Source of the DNA: the human T2T-CHM13v2.0 reference genome, Homo sapiens
DNA: 64,000 nucleotides
Direction of reading: 5' to 3'
NCBI GenBank assembly: GCA_009914755.4
Contig: CP086569.2
Coordinates: 49,600,001 to 49,664,000, forward strand
Shown: piece after piece, positions 1 to 58,472 of the stretch
How the letters are laid out: the number at the start of each line of letters is the position of its first letter
Position numbering within the stretch: the stretch's first letter is position 1
Made by a program: the position numbers and the translations under genes
The notes under the pieces: generated by a model
Told to the model about the DNA's origin: nothing
Databases searched by the model: none
The model's input: the letters and a program-made list of their open reading frames with translations, nothing else

Positions 1-1525
1 GTATCAAATATATAATATATATAACCTATGTATAATATTGTTTTACATCCTGCATCTTATATTATATATATTGTCTAAAATATAATAATTGATAATATAT
101 AAGTTTTATATTTATACAATATGACATATAGTATATATTTTAATTTATGACATATATAATATATGTTATATATCATATATAGAATATATTATACGGTTAA
201 TATACGTATTAAATATAAATTATACATTATATATATGATATATAATATATCTGTTATATATAATACCCATTATGCATAATATGTATATTATGTCTATGTT
301 ATATATAGTATAAAACAACATATAATAATATATAATTGTATATATAAAATGCGACATATAATATATATTATATTTTATGACATATGTAATATATATTATA
401 TATTATATATAATACGTTGTATGTATAATACCTATATTAAATATATATTATATGACTATGTTATTAATTACATGTCACATGTGTTATATATCATATATTT
501 TACATAGAATATACCGGTTACATACAATATATACTATGTTACCTATAATGTATAATTGATTACATGTAAAATAAAGAATGCAATATATTATGTATAATTT
601 ATAATATACAATATGTGGAATGTGATATATATAACATATAATATATGATATATGATATACAGTATATGATATATAACATACAATATATGATACCTAGTAT
701 ATATGGTATACAATATATATTTTATGATATGTATTCTATATGTTTTATATTCTGTTATATATAACTATTTGAAATTATATATAACTGTATAATATTTTAT
801 GTAAATATGTAATATAATATATATAACTATATAATATATTATATATAACTATATATTATGTTATATATACTTTTATATCATAATTTACATAAAATGTCAT
901 AATATAATATATATTATATTATTTCATATTACATAATATATATTACATATCACCCAATATAAGTAACATACATAATATTATAATATAGATTATATTATGT
1001 TATGTTAGATATCATATATATCATGTATCATATATTCTATAATATATATTATACATTATATAATATGTATGTTGTCTATTATGTGATATATATAACTATA
1101 TATTATTATATTATTATACATATAACTAGATAAACATGTAATTCTACATATTTTCATTTATAATATATAGAATTATATAATCATATATAATTATTTATAT
1201 TCTATAAAAAATTATATCATTATATAATTTATAATATAAAAAAATTATAATATGTACTACAAATATATATATTATATATCATATATGATATAGTACCTTT
1301 GTTATATATCATAATACATATAAATGTGTATTATGCTATCTATAATTATATAATTTCATATATAAGATGTATAATATGTATTATATATTGTATATGTTAT
1401 GTAATATATATAGTATATATAAGCTGACACAGGATAAATATTATATACTATGACATATAAAATATATGAGGTTATATGTTACATATAAGGCATAGCACAT
1501 AACATGTAATATATATCATATATAA

Positions 1526-1823
1526 TTTTTTTTTAGACAGAGTCTTGTCGTGTTGCACAGGGTGAAGTACAATGGCGCCATCTTTGCTCACTGCAACATC
1601 TGCCTCACGGGTCCAAGCGATTGTCCTCCCTCAACCTCTCAGGTAGCTGGGAGTACACCATACTGGGACTACACCAGCTGCCACCATGCCTAGCTAATTT
1701 TTTGGATTTTTCGTAGTGACAGCGTTTCACTGTATTGGCCAGGATGGTCTTGATCTCTTCACCTTGTGATCCCCTTGCCTTGGCCTCCAAATTTGCTGGG
1801 ATTACAGGCCTGAGCCAAGATCC
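1526..1823 (-). mobile_element. Alu SINE, antisense, A-type copy (unit 1)
   Basis: The reverse complement reads ggatcttggctcaggcctgtaatcccagca...gatcaagaccatcctggcc...aaaaattagctaggcatggtgg...ttgcagtgagcaaagatggcgccattgtac...gtctaaaaaaaaa. It has a dimeric Alu layout with an A-rich linker and a poly-A tail (T9 at 1526-1534 on +). The A box (tggctcaggcc) and B box (gatcaagacc) are degenerate. It has a 16-bp internal duplication. The gcagatgttgcagtgagc and gactctgtct sites look S/Y-lineage, with heavy CpG decay. Confidence 0.9.
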
Positions 1824-2395
1824 ATATTTTTTAAATGAAAAAAAATTTCAAAGGTACTCTGCTTGGTACAATAATCAAATGTATAAACTGAGGAATAAAA
1901 CATAACCATGAAACCTACTTATAACTGCATATGGAAAATACAGAGGATAATTTTTTAAATAACATATTTTGAAAGCCTTAACTAGTAATTTGAAGATTTG
2001 GCATTTGAAAGGCCAGTATGAATATACCTTCAAAGCAGCAACACAGGTTCCCCATGAGAAACAGCAAACTCAGGGAAAATAAAACCACAAAGGTTCAAGC
2101 TCTTCTGACCTTTGAAAGACACAGCACAGACAGTGGTCCTTAGGACGAAGAGCAGGAGACCCCTAATTCCGTCACCATGGCGATAGGGCATAAACATTGC
2201 TGGGTGAGGGCACAATCCACATTGTGAGGTCCAACTGCTGCCAGGAAGACAGGAGTGCTTTTACATAGACCGAAAGGTCATTGAAGGCTCAGAGTTTTGT
2301 TTCAAGAACTGAATCCCAAGCCCACACGTTATTAGGCTGCGCTTCTTAAAACAAGTTATGAGATGGGAAAAAGGGCACCCACAAACATACGTATA
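1824..2395. other. 0.57-kb non-Alu, non-AT-satellite segment present once per unit (representative copy; unknown origin)
   Basis: ~40% G+C. It begins catattttttaaatgaaaaaaaatttcaaaggtactctgcttgg and ends gggcacccacaaacatacgtatacattatg. It holds the 61- and 71-aa TTG-initiated frames of the ORF track. I do not recognise it as a known TE family by eye. Confidence 0.6.
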
Positions 2396-2418
2396 CATTA
2401 TGTATATAATAATATACA

Positions 2419-7255
<4,837 letters not shown>

Positions 7256-9675
7256 GTATCATATATATAATATATATAACCTATGTATAATATTGTTTTA
7301 CATCCTGCATCTTATGTTATATATATTGTATAAAATATAATAATTGATAATATATAAGTTTTATAATTATACAATATGACATATAGTATATATTATAATT
7401 TATGACATATATAATATATGTTATATATCATATATAGAATATATTATACGGTTAATATACGTATTAAATATAAATTATACATTATATATATTATATATAA
7501 TATATCTGTTATATATAATACCCATTATGCATAATATATATATTATGTCTATGTTATATATAGTATAAAACAACATATAATAATATATAATTGTATATAT
7601 AAAATGCGACATATAATATATATTATATTTTATGACATATGTAATATATATTATATATTATATATAATACGTTGTATGTATAATACCTATATTAAATATA
7701 TATTATATGACTATGTTATAAATTACATGTCACATGTGTTATATATTATTTATTTTACATAGAATATACCGGTTACATACAATATATACTATGTTACCTA
7801 TAATGTATAATTTATTACATGTAAAATAAAGAATGCAATATATTATGTATAATTTATAATATACCATATGTGGAATGTGATATATATAACATATAATATA
7901 TGATATATGATATACAGTTTATGATATATAACATACAATATATGATTCCTAATATATATGGTATACAATATATATTTTATGATATGTATTCTATATGTTT
8001 TATATTCTGTTATATATAACTATTTGAAATTATATATAACTGTATAATATTTTATGTAAATATGTAATATAATATATATAACTATATAATATATTATATA
8101 TAACTATATATTATATTATATATACTTTTATAACATAATTTACATAAAATATCATAATATAATATATATTATATTATTTCATATTACATAATACATATTA
8201 CATATCACCCAATATAACTAACATACATAATATTATAATATAGATTATATTATGTTATATTAAATATCATATATATCATGTATCATATATTCTATAATAT
8301 ATATTACACATTATATAATATGTATGTTGTCTATTATGTGATATATATAACTATATATATAATTATATTTTTATACATATAACTAGATAAACCTGTAATT
8401 CTACATAATTTCATTTATAATATGTAGAATTATATAATCATATATAATTATTTATATTCTATAAAAAATTTTATCATTATATAAATTATAATATATAAAA
8501 ATTATAATATGTACTACAAATATATATATTATATATCATATATGATATAGTACCTTTGTTATATATCATAATACATATAAATGTGTATTATGTTATCTAT
8601 AATTATATAATTTCATATATAAGATGTATAATATGTATCATATATTATATATGTTATGTAATATATATTGTATATATAAGATGACACAGGATAAATATTA
8701 TATACTATGACATATAAAATATATGAGGTTATATGTTACATATAAGGCATAGCACATAACATGTAATATATATCATATATAATTTTTTTTTATACAGAAT
8801 CTTTTCCTGTTGCACAGGGTGGGGTACAATGGCGCCATCTTTGCTCACTGCAACTTCTGCCTCACGGGTCCAAGCGATTGTCCTCCCTGAGCCTCCCAGG
8901 TAGCTGGGACTACACCACACTGGGACTACACCAGCTGCCACCATGCCTAGCTAATTTTTTGGATTTTTAGTAGTGACAGCGTTTCACTGTATTGGCCAGG
9001 ATGGTCTTGATCTCTTCACCTTGTGATCCCCTTGCCTTGGCCTCCAAAATTGCTGGGATTACAGGCCTGAGCCAAGATCCATATTTTTTAAATGAAAAAA
9101 AATTTCAAAGGTACTCTGCTTGGTACAATAATCAAATGTATAAACTGAGGAATAAAACATAACCATGAAACCTACTTATAACTGCATATGGAAAATACAG
9201 AGGATAATTTTTTAAATAACATATTTTGAAAGCCTTAACTAGTAATTTGAAGAGTTGGCATTTGAAAGGCCAGTATGAATATACCTTCAAAGCAGCAACA
9301 CAGGTTCCCCATGAGAAAAAGCAAACACAGGGAAAATAAAAACACAAAGGTTCAATCTCTTCTGACCTTTGAAAGACACAGCACAGACAGTGGTCCTTAG
9401 GACGAAGAGCAGGAGACCCCTAATTCCGTCACCATGGCGATAGGGCATAAACATTGCTGGGTGAGGGCACAATCCACATTGTGAGGTCCAACTGCTGCCA
9501 GGAAGACAGGAGTGCTTTTACATAGACCGAAAGGTCATTGAAGGCTCAGAGTTTTGTTTCAAGAACTGAATCCCAAGCCCACACGTTATTAGGCTGCGCT
9601 TCTTTAAACAAGTTATGAGATGGGAAAAAGGGCACCCACAAACATACGTATACATTATGTATATAATAATATACA
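7256..9675. repeat. Unit 4 (2420 bp), family G
   Basis: Carries ttataattatac, tgttataaattacatg, tattatttattttac, acataatacatattacat, atatattgtatatataag and cagaatcttttcctg. It matches unit 13. Confidence 0.9.
8783..9080 (-). mobile_element. Alu SINE, antisense (unit 4)
   Basis: Positional copy, B-type, with private tatacagaatcttttcctg and cctccctgagcc. Confidence 0.9.
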
Positions 9676-14515
<4,840 letters not shown>

Positions 14516-16931
14516 GTATCATATATATAATATATATAACCTATGTATAATATTGTTTTACATCCTGCATCTTATGTTATATATATTGTATAAAATATAA
14601 TAATTGATAATATATAAGTTTTATATTTATACAATATGACATATAGTATATATTATAATTTATGACATATATAATATATGTTATATATCATATATAGAAT
14701 ATATTATACGGTTAATATACGTATTAAATATAAATTATACATTATATATATTATATATAATATATCTGTTATATATAATACCCATTATGCATAATATATA
14801 TATTATGTCTATGTTATATATAGTAAAAAACAACATATAATAATATATAATTGTATATATAAAATGCGACATATAATATATATTATATTTTATAACATAT
14901 GTAATATATATTATATATTATATATAATACGTTGTATGTATAATACCTATATTAAATATATATTATATGACTATGTTATTAATTACATGTCACATGTGTT
15001 ATATATTATATATTTTACATAGAATATACCGGTTACATACAATATATACTATGTTACTATAATGTATAATTTATTACATGTAAAATAAAGAATGCAATAT
15101 ATTATGTATAATTTATAATATACAATATGTGGAATGTGATATATATAACATATAATATATGATATATGATATACAGTATATGATATATAACATACAATAT
15201 ATGATACCTAGTATATATGGTATACAATATATATTTTATGATATGTATTCTATATGTTTTATATTCTGTTATATATAACTATTTGAAATTATATATAACT
15301 GTATAATATTTTATGTAAATATGTAATATAATATATATAACTATATAATATATTATATATAACTATATATTATGTTATATATACTTTTATATCATAATTT
15401 ACATAAAATGTCGTAATATAATATATATTATATTATTTCATATTACATAATATATATTACATATCACCCAATATAAGTAACATACATAATATTATAATAT
15501 AGATTATATTATGTTATGTTAAATATCATATATATCATGTATCATATATTCTATAATATATATTATACATTATATAATATGTATGTTGTCTATTATGTGA
15601 TATATATAACTATATATTATTATATTATTATACATATAACTAGATAAACATGTAATTCTACATATTTTCATTTATAATATATAGAATTATATAATCATAT
15701 ATAATTATTTATATTCTATAAAAAATTATATCATTATATAAATTATAATATAAAAAATTATAATATGTACTACAAATATATATATTATATATCATATATG
15801 ATATAGTACCTTTGTTATATATCATAATACATATAAATGTGTATTATGTTATCTATAATTATATAATTTCATATATAAGATGTATAATATGTATTATATA
15901 TTGTATATGTTATGTAATATATATAGTATGTATAAGCTGACATAGGATAAATATTATATACTATGACATATAAAATATATGAGGTTATATGTTACATATA
16001 AGGCATAGCACATAACATGTAATATATATCATATATAATTTTTTTTTAGACAGAGTCTTGTCGTGTTGCACAGGGTGAAGTACAATGGCGCCATCTTTGC
16101 TCACTGCAACATCTGCCTCACGGGTCCAAGCGATTGTCCTCACTCAACCTCTCAGGTAGCTGGGAGTACACCACACTGGGACTACACCAGCTGCCACCAT
16201 GCCTAGCTAATTTTTTGGATTTTTAGTAGTGACAGCCTTTCACTGTATTGGCCAGGATGGTCTTGATCTCTTCACCTTGTGATCCCCTTGCCTTGGCCTC
16301 CAAAATTGCTGGGATTACAGGCCTGAGCCAAGATCCATATTTTTTAAATGAAAAAAAATTTCAAAGGTACTCTGCTTGGTACAATAATCAAATGTATAAA
16401 CTGAGGAATAAAACATAACCATGAAACCTACTTATAACTGCATATGGAAAATACAGAGGATAATTTTTTAAATAACATATTTTGAAAGCCTTAACTAGTA
16501 ATTTGAAGAGTTGGCATTTGAAAGGCCAGTATGAATATACCTTCAAAGCAGCAACACAGGTTCCCCATGAGAAACAGCAAACTCAGGGAAAATAAAACCA
16601 CAAAGGTTCAAGCTCTTCTGACCTTTGAAAGACACAGCACAGACAGTGGTCCTTAGGACGAAGAGCAGGAGACCCCTAATTCCGTCACCATGGCGATAGG
16701 GCATAAACATTGCTGGGTGAGGGCACAATCCACATTGTGAGGTCCAACTGCTGCCAGGAAGACAGGAGTGCTTTTACATAGACCGAAAGGTCATTGAAGG
16801 CTCAGAGTTTTGTTTCAAGAACTGAATCCCAAGCCCACACTTTATTAGGCTGCGCTTCTTAAAACAAGTTATGAGATGGGAAAAAGGGCACCCACAAACA
16901 TACGTATACATTATGTATATAATAATATACA
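14516..16931. repeat. Unit 7 (2416 bp), recombinant: F-like first ~0.55 kb, then A-like body, A-type Alu and 3' segment
   Basis: The 5' end has gtaaaaaacaacat and gttactataatg (family F). It then switches to tacaatatgtggaatg, gatacctagtatatatgg and aagtaacat (family A). The Alu has gtcgtgttg...gtgaagtac. The ORF copy at 16543..16728 is the A variant. Confidence 0.85.
16039..16336 (-). mobile_element. Alu SINE, antisense (unit 7)
   Basis: Positional copy, A-type (gtcgtgttg, gtgaagtac), with private tcactcaacc and gacagcctttcac. Confidence 0.9.
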
Positions 16932-19349
16932 GTATCAAATATATAATATATATAACCTATGTATAATATTGTTTTACATCCTGCATCTTATATTATATAT
17001 ATTGTCTAAAATATAATAATTGATAATATATAAGTTTTATATTTATACAATATGACATATAGTATATATTTTAATTTATGACATATATAATATATGTTAT
17101 ATATCATATATAGAATATATTATACGGTTAATATACGTATTAAATATAAATTATACATTATATATATGATATATAATATATCTGTTATATATAATACCCA
17201 TTATGCATAATATGTATATTATGTCTATGTTATATATAGTATAAAACAACATATAATAATATATAATTGTATATATAAAATGCGACATATAATATATATT
17301 ATATTTTATGACATATGTAATATATATTATATATTATATATAATACGTTGTATGTATAATACCTATATTAAATATATATTATATGACTATGTTATTAATT
17401 ACATGTCACATGTGTTATATATCATATATTTTACATAGAATATACCGGTTACATACAATATATACTATGTTACCTATAATGTATAATTGATTACATGTAA
17501 AATAAAGAATGCAATATATTATGTATAATTTATAATATACAATATGTGGAATGTGATATATATAACATATAATATATGATATATGATATACAGTATATGA
17601 TATATAACATACAATATATGATACCTAGTATATATGGTATACAATATATATTTTATGATATGTATTCTATATGTTTTATATTCTGTTATATATAACTAAT
17701 TGAAATTATATATAACTGTATAATATTTTATGTAAATATGTAATATAATATATATAACTATATAATATATTATATATAACTATATATTATGTTATATATA
17801 CTTTTATATCATAATTTACATAAAATGTCATAATATAATATATATTATATTATTTCATATTACATAATATATATTACATATCACACAATATAAGTAACAT
17901 ACATAATATTATAATATAGATTATATTATGTTATGTTAGATATCATATATATCATGTATCATATATTCTATAATATATATTATACATTATATAATATGTA
18001 TGTTGTCTATTATGTGATATATATAACTATATATTATTATATTATTATACATATAACTAGATAAACATGTAATTCTACATATTTTCATTTATAATATATA
18101 GAATTATATAATCATATATAATTATTTATATTCTATAAAAAATTATATCATTATATAAATTATAATATAAAAAAATTATAATATGTACTACAAATATATA
18201 TATTATATATCATATATGATATAGTACCTTTGTTATATATCATAATACATATAAATGTGTATTATGCTATCTATAATTATATAATTTCATATATAAGATG
18301 TATAATATGTATTATATATTGTATATGTTATGTAATATATATAGTATATATAAGCTGACACAGGATAAATATTATATACTATGACATATAAAGTATATGA
18401 GGTTATATGTTACATATAAGGCATAGCACATAACATGTAATATATATCATATATAATTTTTTTTTAGACAGAGTCTTGTCGTGTTGCACAGGGTGAAGTA
18501 CAATGGCGCCATCTTTGCTCACTGCAACATCTGCCTCACGGGTCCAAGCGATTGTCCTCCCTCAACCTCTCAGGTAGCTGGGAGTACACCACACTGGGAC
18601 TACACCAGCTGCCACCATGCCTAGCTAATTTTTTGGATTTTTCGTAGTGACAGCGTTTCACTGTATTGGCCAGGATGGTCTTGATCTCTTCACCTTGTGA
18701 TCCCCTTGCCTTGGCCTCCAAATTTGCTGGGATTACAGGCCTGAGCCAAGATCCATATTTTTTAAATGAAAAAAAATTTCAAAGGTACTCTGCTTGGTAC
18801 AATAATCAAATGTATAAACTGAGGAATAAAACATAACCATGAAACCTACTTATAACTGCATATGGAAAATACAGAGGATAATTTTTTAAATAACATATTT
18901 TGAAAGCCTTAACTAGTAATTTGAAGAGTTGGCATTTGAAAGGCCAGTATGAATATACCTTCAAAGCAGCAACACAGGTTCCCCATGAGAAACAGCAAAC
19001 TCAGGGAAAATAAAACCACAAAGGTTCAAGCTCTTCTGACCTTTGAAAGACACAGCACAGACAGTGGTCCTTAGGACGAAGAGCAGGAGACCCCTAATTC
19101 CGTCACCATGGCGATAGGGCATAAACATTGCTGGGTGAGGGCACAATCCACATTGTGAGGTCCAACTGCTGCCAGGAAGACAGGAGTGCTTTTACATAGA
19201 CCGAAAGGTCATTGAAGGCTCAGAGTTTTGTTTCAAGAACTGAATCCCAAGCCCACACGTTATTAGGCTGCGCTTCTTAAAACAAGTTATGAGATGGGAA
19301 AAAGGGCACCCACAAACATACGTATACATTATGTATATAATAATATACA
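16932..19349. repeat. Unit 8 (2418 bp), family A, near-copy of unit 1 (offset 16931 bp = 7 units)
   Basis: Shares atattttaatttatgac, tgttatgttagatatc, ttcgtagtgac and the A-type Alu and 3' segment with unit 1. Confidence 0.9.
18457..18754 (-). mobile_element. Alu SINE, antisense (unit 8)
   Basis: Positional copy, A-type, with ttcgtagtgac. It carries the 61-aa Alu-internal ORF of the track, as unit 1 does. Confidence 0.9.
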
Positions 19350-21763
19350 GTATCATATATATAATATATATAACCTATGTATAATATTGTTTTACATCCT
19401 GCATCTTATATTATATATATTGTCTAAAATATAATAATTGATAATATATAAGTTTTATATTTATACAATATGACATATAGTATATATTATAATTTAAGAC
19501 ATATATAATATATGTTATATATCATATATAGAATATATTATACGGTTAATATACGTATTAAATATAAATTATACATTATATGATATATAATATATCTGTT
19601 ATATATAATACCCATTATGCATAATATGTATATTATGTCTATGTTATATATAGTATAAAACAACATATAATAATATATAATTGTATATATAAAATGCGAC
19701 ATATAATATATATTATATTTTATGACATATGTAATATATATTATATATTATATATAATGCGTTGTATGTATAATACCTATATTAAATATATATTATATGA
19801 CTATGTTATTAATTACATGTCACATGTGTTATATATTATATATTTTACATAGAATATACCGGTTACATACAATATATACTATGTTACCTATAATGTATAA
19901 TTGATTATATGTAAAATAAAGAATGCAATATATTATGTATAATTTATAATATACAATATGTGGAATGTGATATATATAACATATAATATATGATATATGA
20001 TATACAGTATATGATATATAACATACAATATATGATACCTAGTATATATGGTATACAATATATATTTTATGATATGTATTCTATATGTTTTATATTCTGT
20101 TATATATAACTATTTGAAATTATATATAACTGTATAATATTTTATGTAAATATGTAATATAATATATATAACTATATAATATATTATATATAACTATATA
20201 TTATGTTATATATACTTTTATATCATAATTTACATAAAATGTCATAATAAAATATATATTATATTATTTCATATTACATAATATATATTACATATCACCC
20301 AATATAAGTAACATACATAATATTATAATATAGATTATATTATGTTATGTTAAATATCATATATATCATGTATCATATATTCTATAATATATATTATATA
20401 TTATATAATATGTATGTTGTCTATTATGTGATATATATAACTATATATTATTATATTATTATACATATAACTAGATAAACATGTAATTCTACATATTTTC
20501 ATTTATAATATATAGAATTATATAATCATATATAATTATTTATATTCTATAAAAAATTATATCATTATATAAATTATAATATAAAAAAATTATAATATGT
20601 ACTACAAATATATATATTATATATCATATATGATATAGTACCTTTGTTATATATCATAATACATATAAATGTGTATTATGCTATCTATAATTATATAATT
20701 TCATATATAAGATGTATAATATGTATTATATATTGTATATGTTATGTAATATATATAGTATATATAAGCTGACACAGGATAAATATTATATACTATGACA
20801 TATAAAATATATGAGGTTATATGTTACATATAAGGCATAGCACATAACATGTAATATATATCATATATAATTTTTTTTTAGACAGAGTCTTGTCGTGTTG
20901 CACAGGGTGAAGTACAATGGCGCCATCTTTGCTCACTGCAACATCTGCCTCACGGGTCCAAGCGATTGTCCTCCCTCAACCTCTCAGGTAGCTGGGAGTA
21001 CACCACACAGGGACTACACCAGCTGCCACCATGCCTAGCTAATTTTTTGGATTTTTAGTAGTGACAGCGTTTCACTGTATTGGCCAGGATGGTCTTGATC
21101 TCTTCACCTTGTGATCCCCTTGCCTTGGCCTCCAAATTTGCTGGGATTACAGGCCTGAGCCAAGATCCATATTTTTTAAATGAAAAAAAATTTCAAAGGT
21201 ACTCTGCTTGGTACAATAATCAAATGTATAAACTGAGGAATAAAACATAACCATGAAACCTACTTATAACTGCATATGGAAAATACAGAGGATAATTTTT
21301 TAAATAACATATTTTGAAAGCCTTAACTAGTAATTTGAAGAGCTGGCATTTGAAAGGCCAGTATGAATATACCTTCAAAGCAGCAACACAGGTTCCCCAT
21401 GAGAAACAGCAAACTCAGGGAAAATAAAACCACAAAAGTTCAAGCTCTTCTGACCTTTGAAAGACACAGCACAGACAGTGGTCCTTAGGACGAAGAGCAG
21501 GAGACCCCTAATTCCGTCACCATGGCGATAGGGCATAAACATTGCTGGGTGAGGGCACAATCCACATTGTGAGGTCCAACTGCTGCCAGGAAGACAGGAG
21601 TGCTTTTACATAGACCGAAAGGTCATTGAAGGCTCAGAGTTTTGTTTCAAGAACTGAATCCCAAGCCCACACGTTATTAGGCTGCGCTTCTTAAAACAAG
21701 TTATGAGATGGGAAAAAGGGCACCCACAAACAAACGTATACATTATGTATATAATAATATACA
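19350..21763. repeat. Unit 9 (2414 bp), A-like; 5' body matches unit 2, A-type Alu and 3' segment
   Basis: Shares aatgcgttg, gtcataataaaatat and gttatatattatatattttacat with unit 2. The Alu has gagtcttgtcgtgttg...gtgaagtac. The ORF copy at 21375 is the A variant. Confidence 0.85.
20871..21168 (-). mobile_element. Alu SINE, antisense (unit 9)
   Basis: Positional copy, A-type, with private caccacacagggac. Confidence 0.9.

Positions 21764-58472
<36,709 letters not shown>

Larger units (their letters stand above)
1..2418. repeat. Unit 1 (2418 bp), family A
   Basis: Begins gtatcaaatatataat. It has the A-type Alu (gagtcttgtcgtgttg...gtgaagtac, ttcgtagtgac) and the A-type 3' segment (aaacagcaaactcagg, ccacaaaggttcaagctc). 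It is a near-copy of unit 8. Confidence 0.9.

Noticed and set aside
1526-1534. T9 run upstream of agacag in every unit as a possible terminator or regulatory poly-T
   Set aside because: It is the poly-A tail of the antisense Alu seen on the + strand.
1605-1790. 61-aa minus-strand ORF ([37 protein letters not shown]...) in units 1 and 8
   Set aside because: It lies entirely inside the Alu (translation of the Alu sense strand). It is open only in the two A-type copies carrying ttcgtag instead of tttagtag. Alu-internal frames are not coding.
1516-1840. Target-site duplications flanking the Alu
   Set aside because: Both flanks are extremely A/T-rich (ttatatatga... and ...aaaaaatatg on the minus strand). 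Any 5-15-bp match is uninformative, so I could not call a TSD with confidence.
2030-2215. 61-aa minus-strand ORF (MCPHPAMFMPYRHG...), one copy per unit (26 copies in the ORF track)
   Set aside because: It starts at TTG, not ATG (revcomp reads a TTG TGC CCT CAC...). The frame is only reported under a bacterial start-codon rule. It lies in the 0.57-kb satellite segment, is 61 codons, and recurs purely because the DNA is tandemly repeated. Copies differ by nonsynonymous changes and one copy (unit 17) has lost the start, with no sign of constraint. Eukaryotic heterochromatic satellite context.
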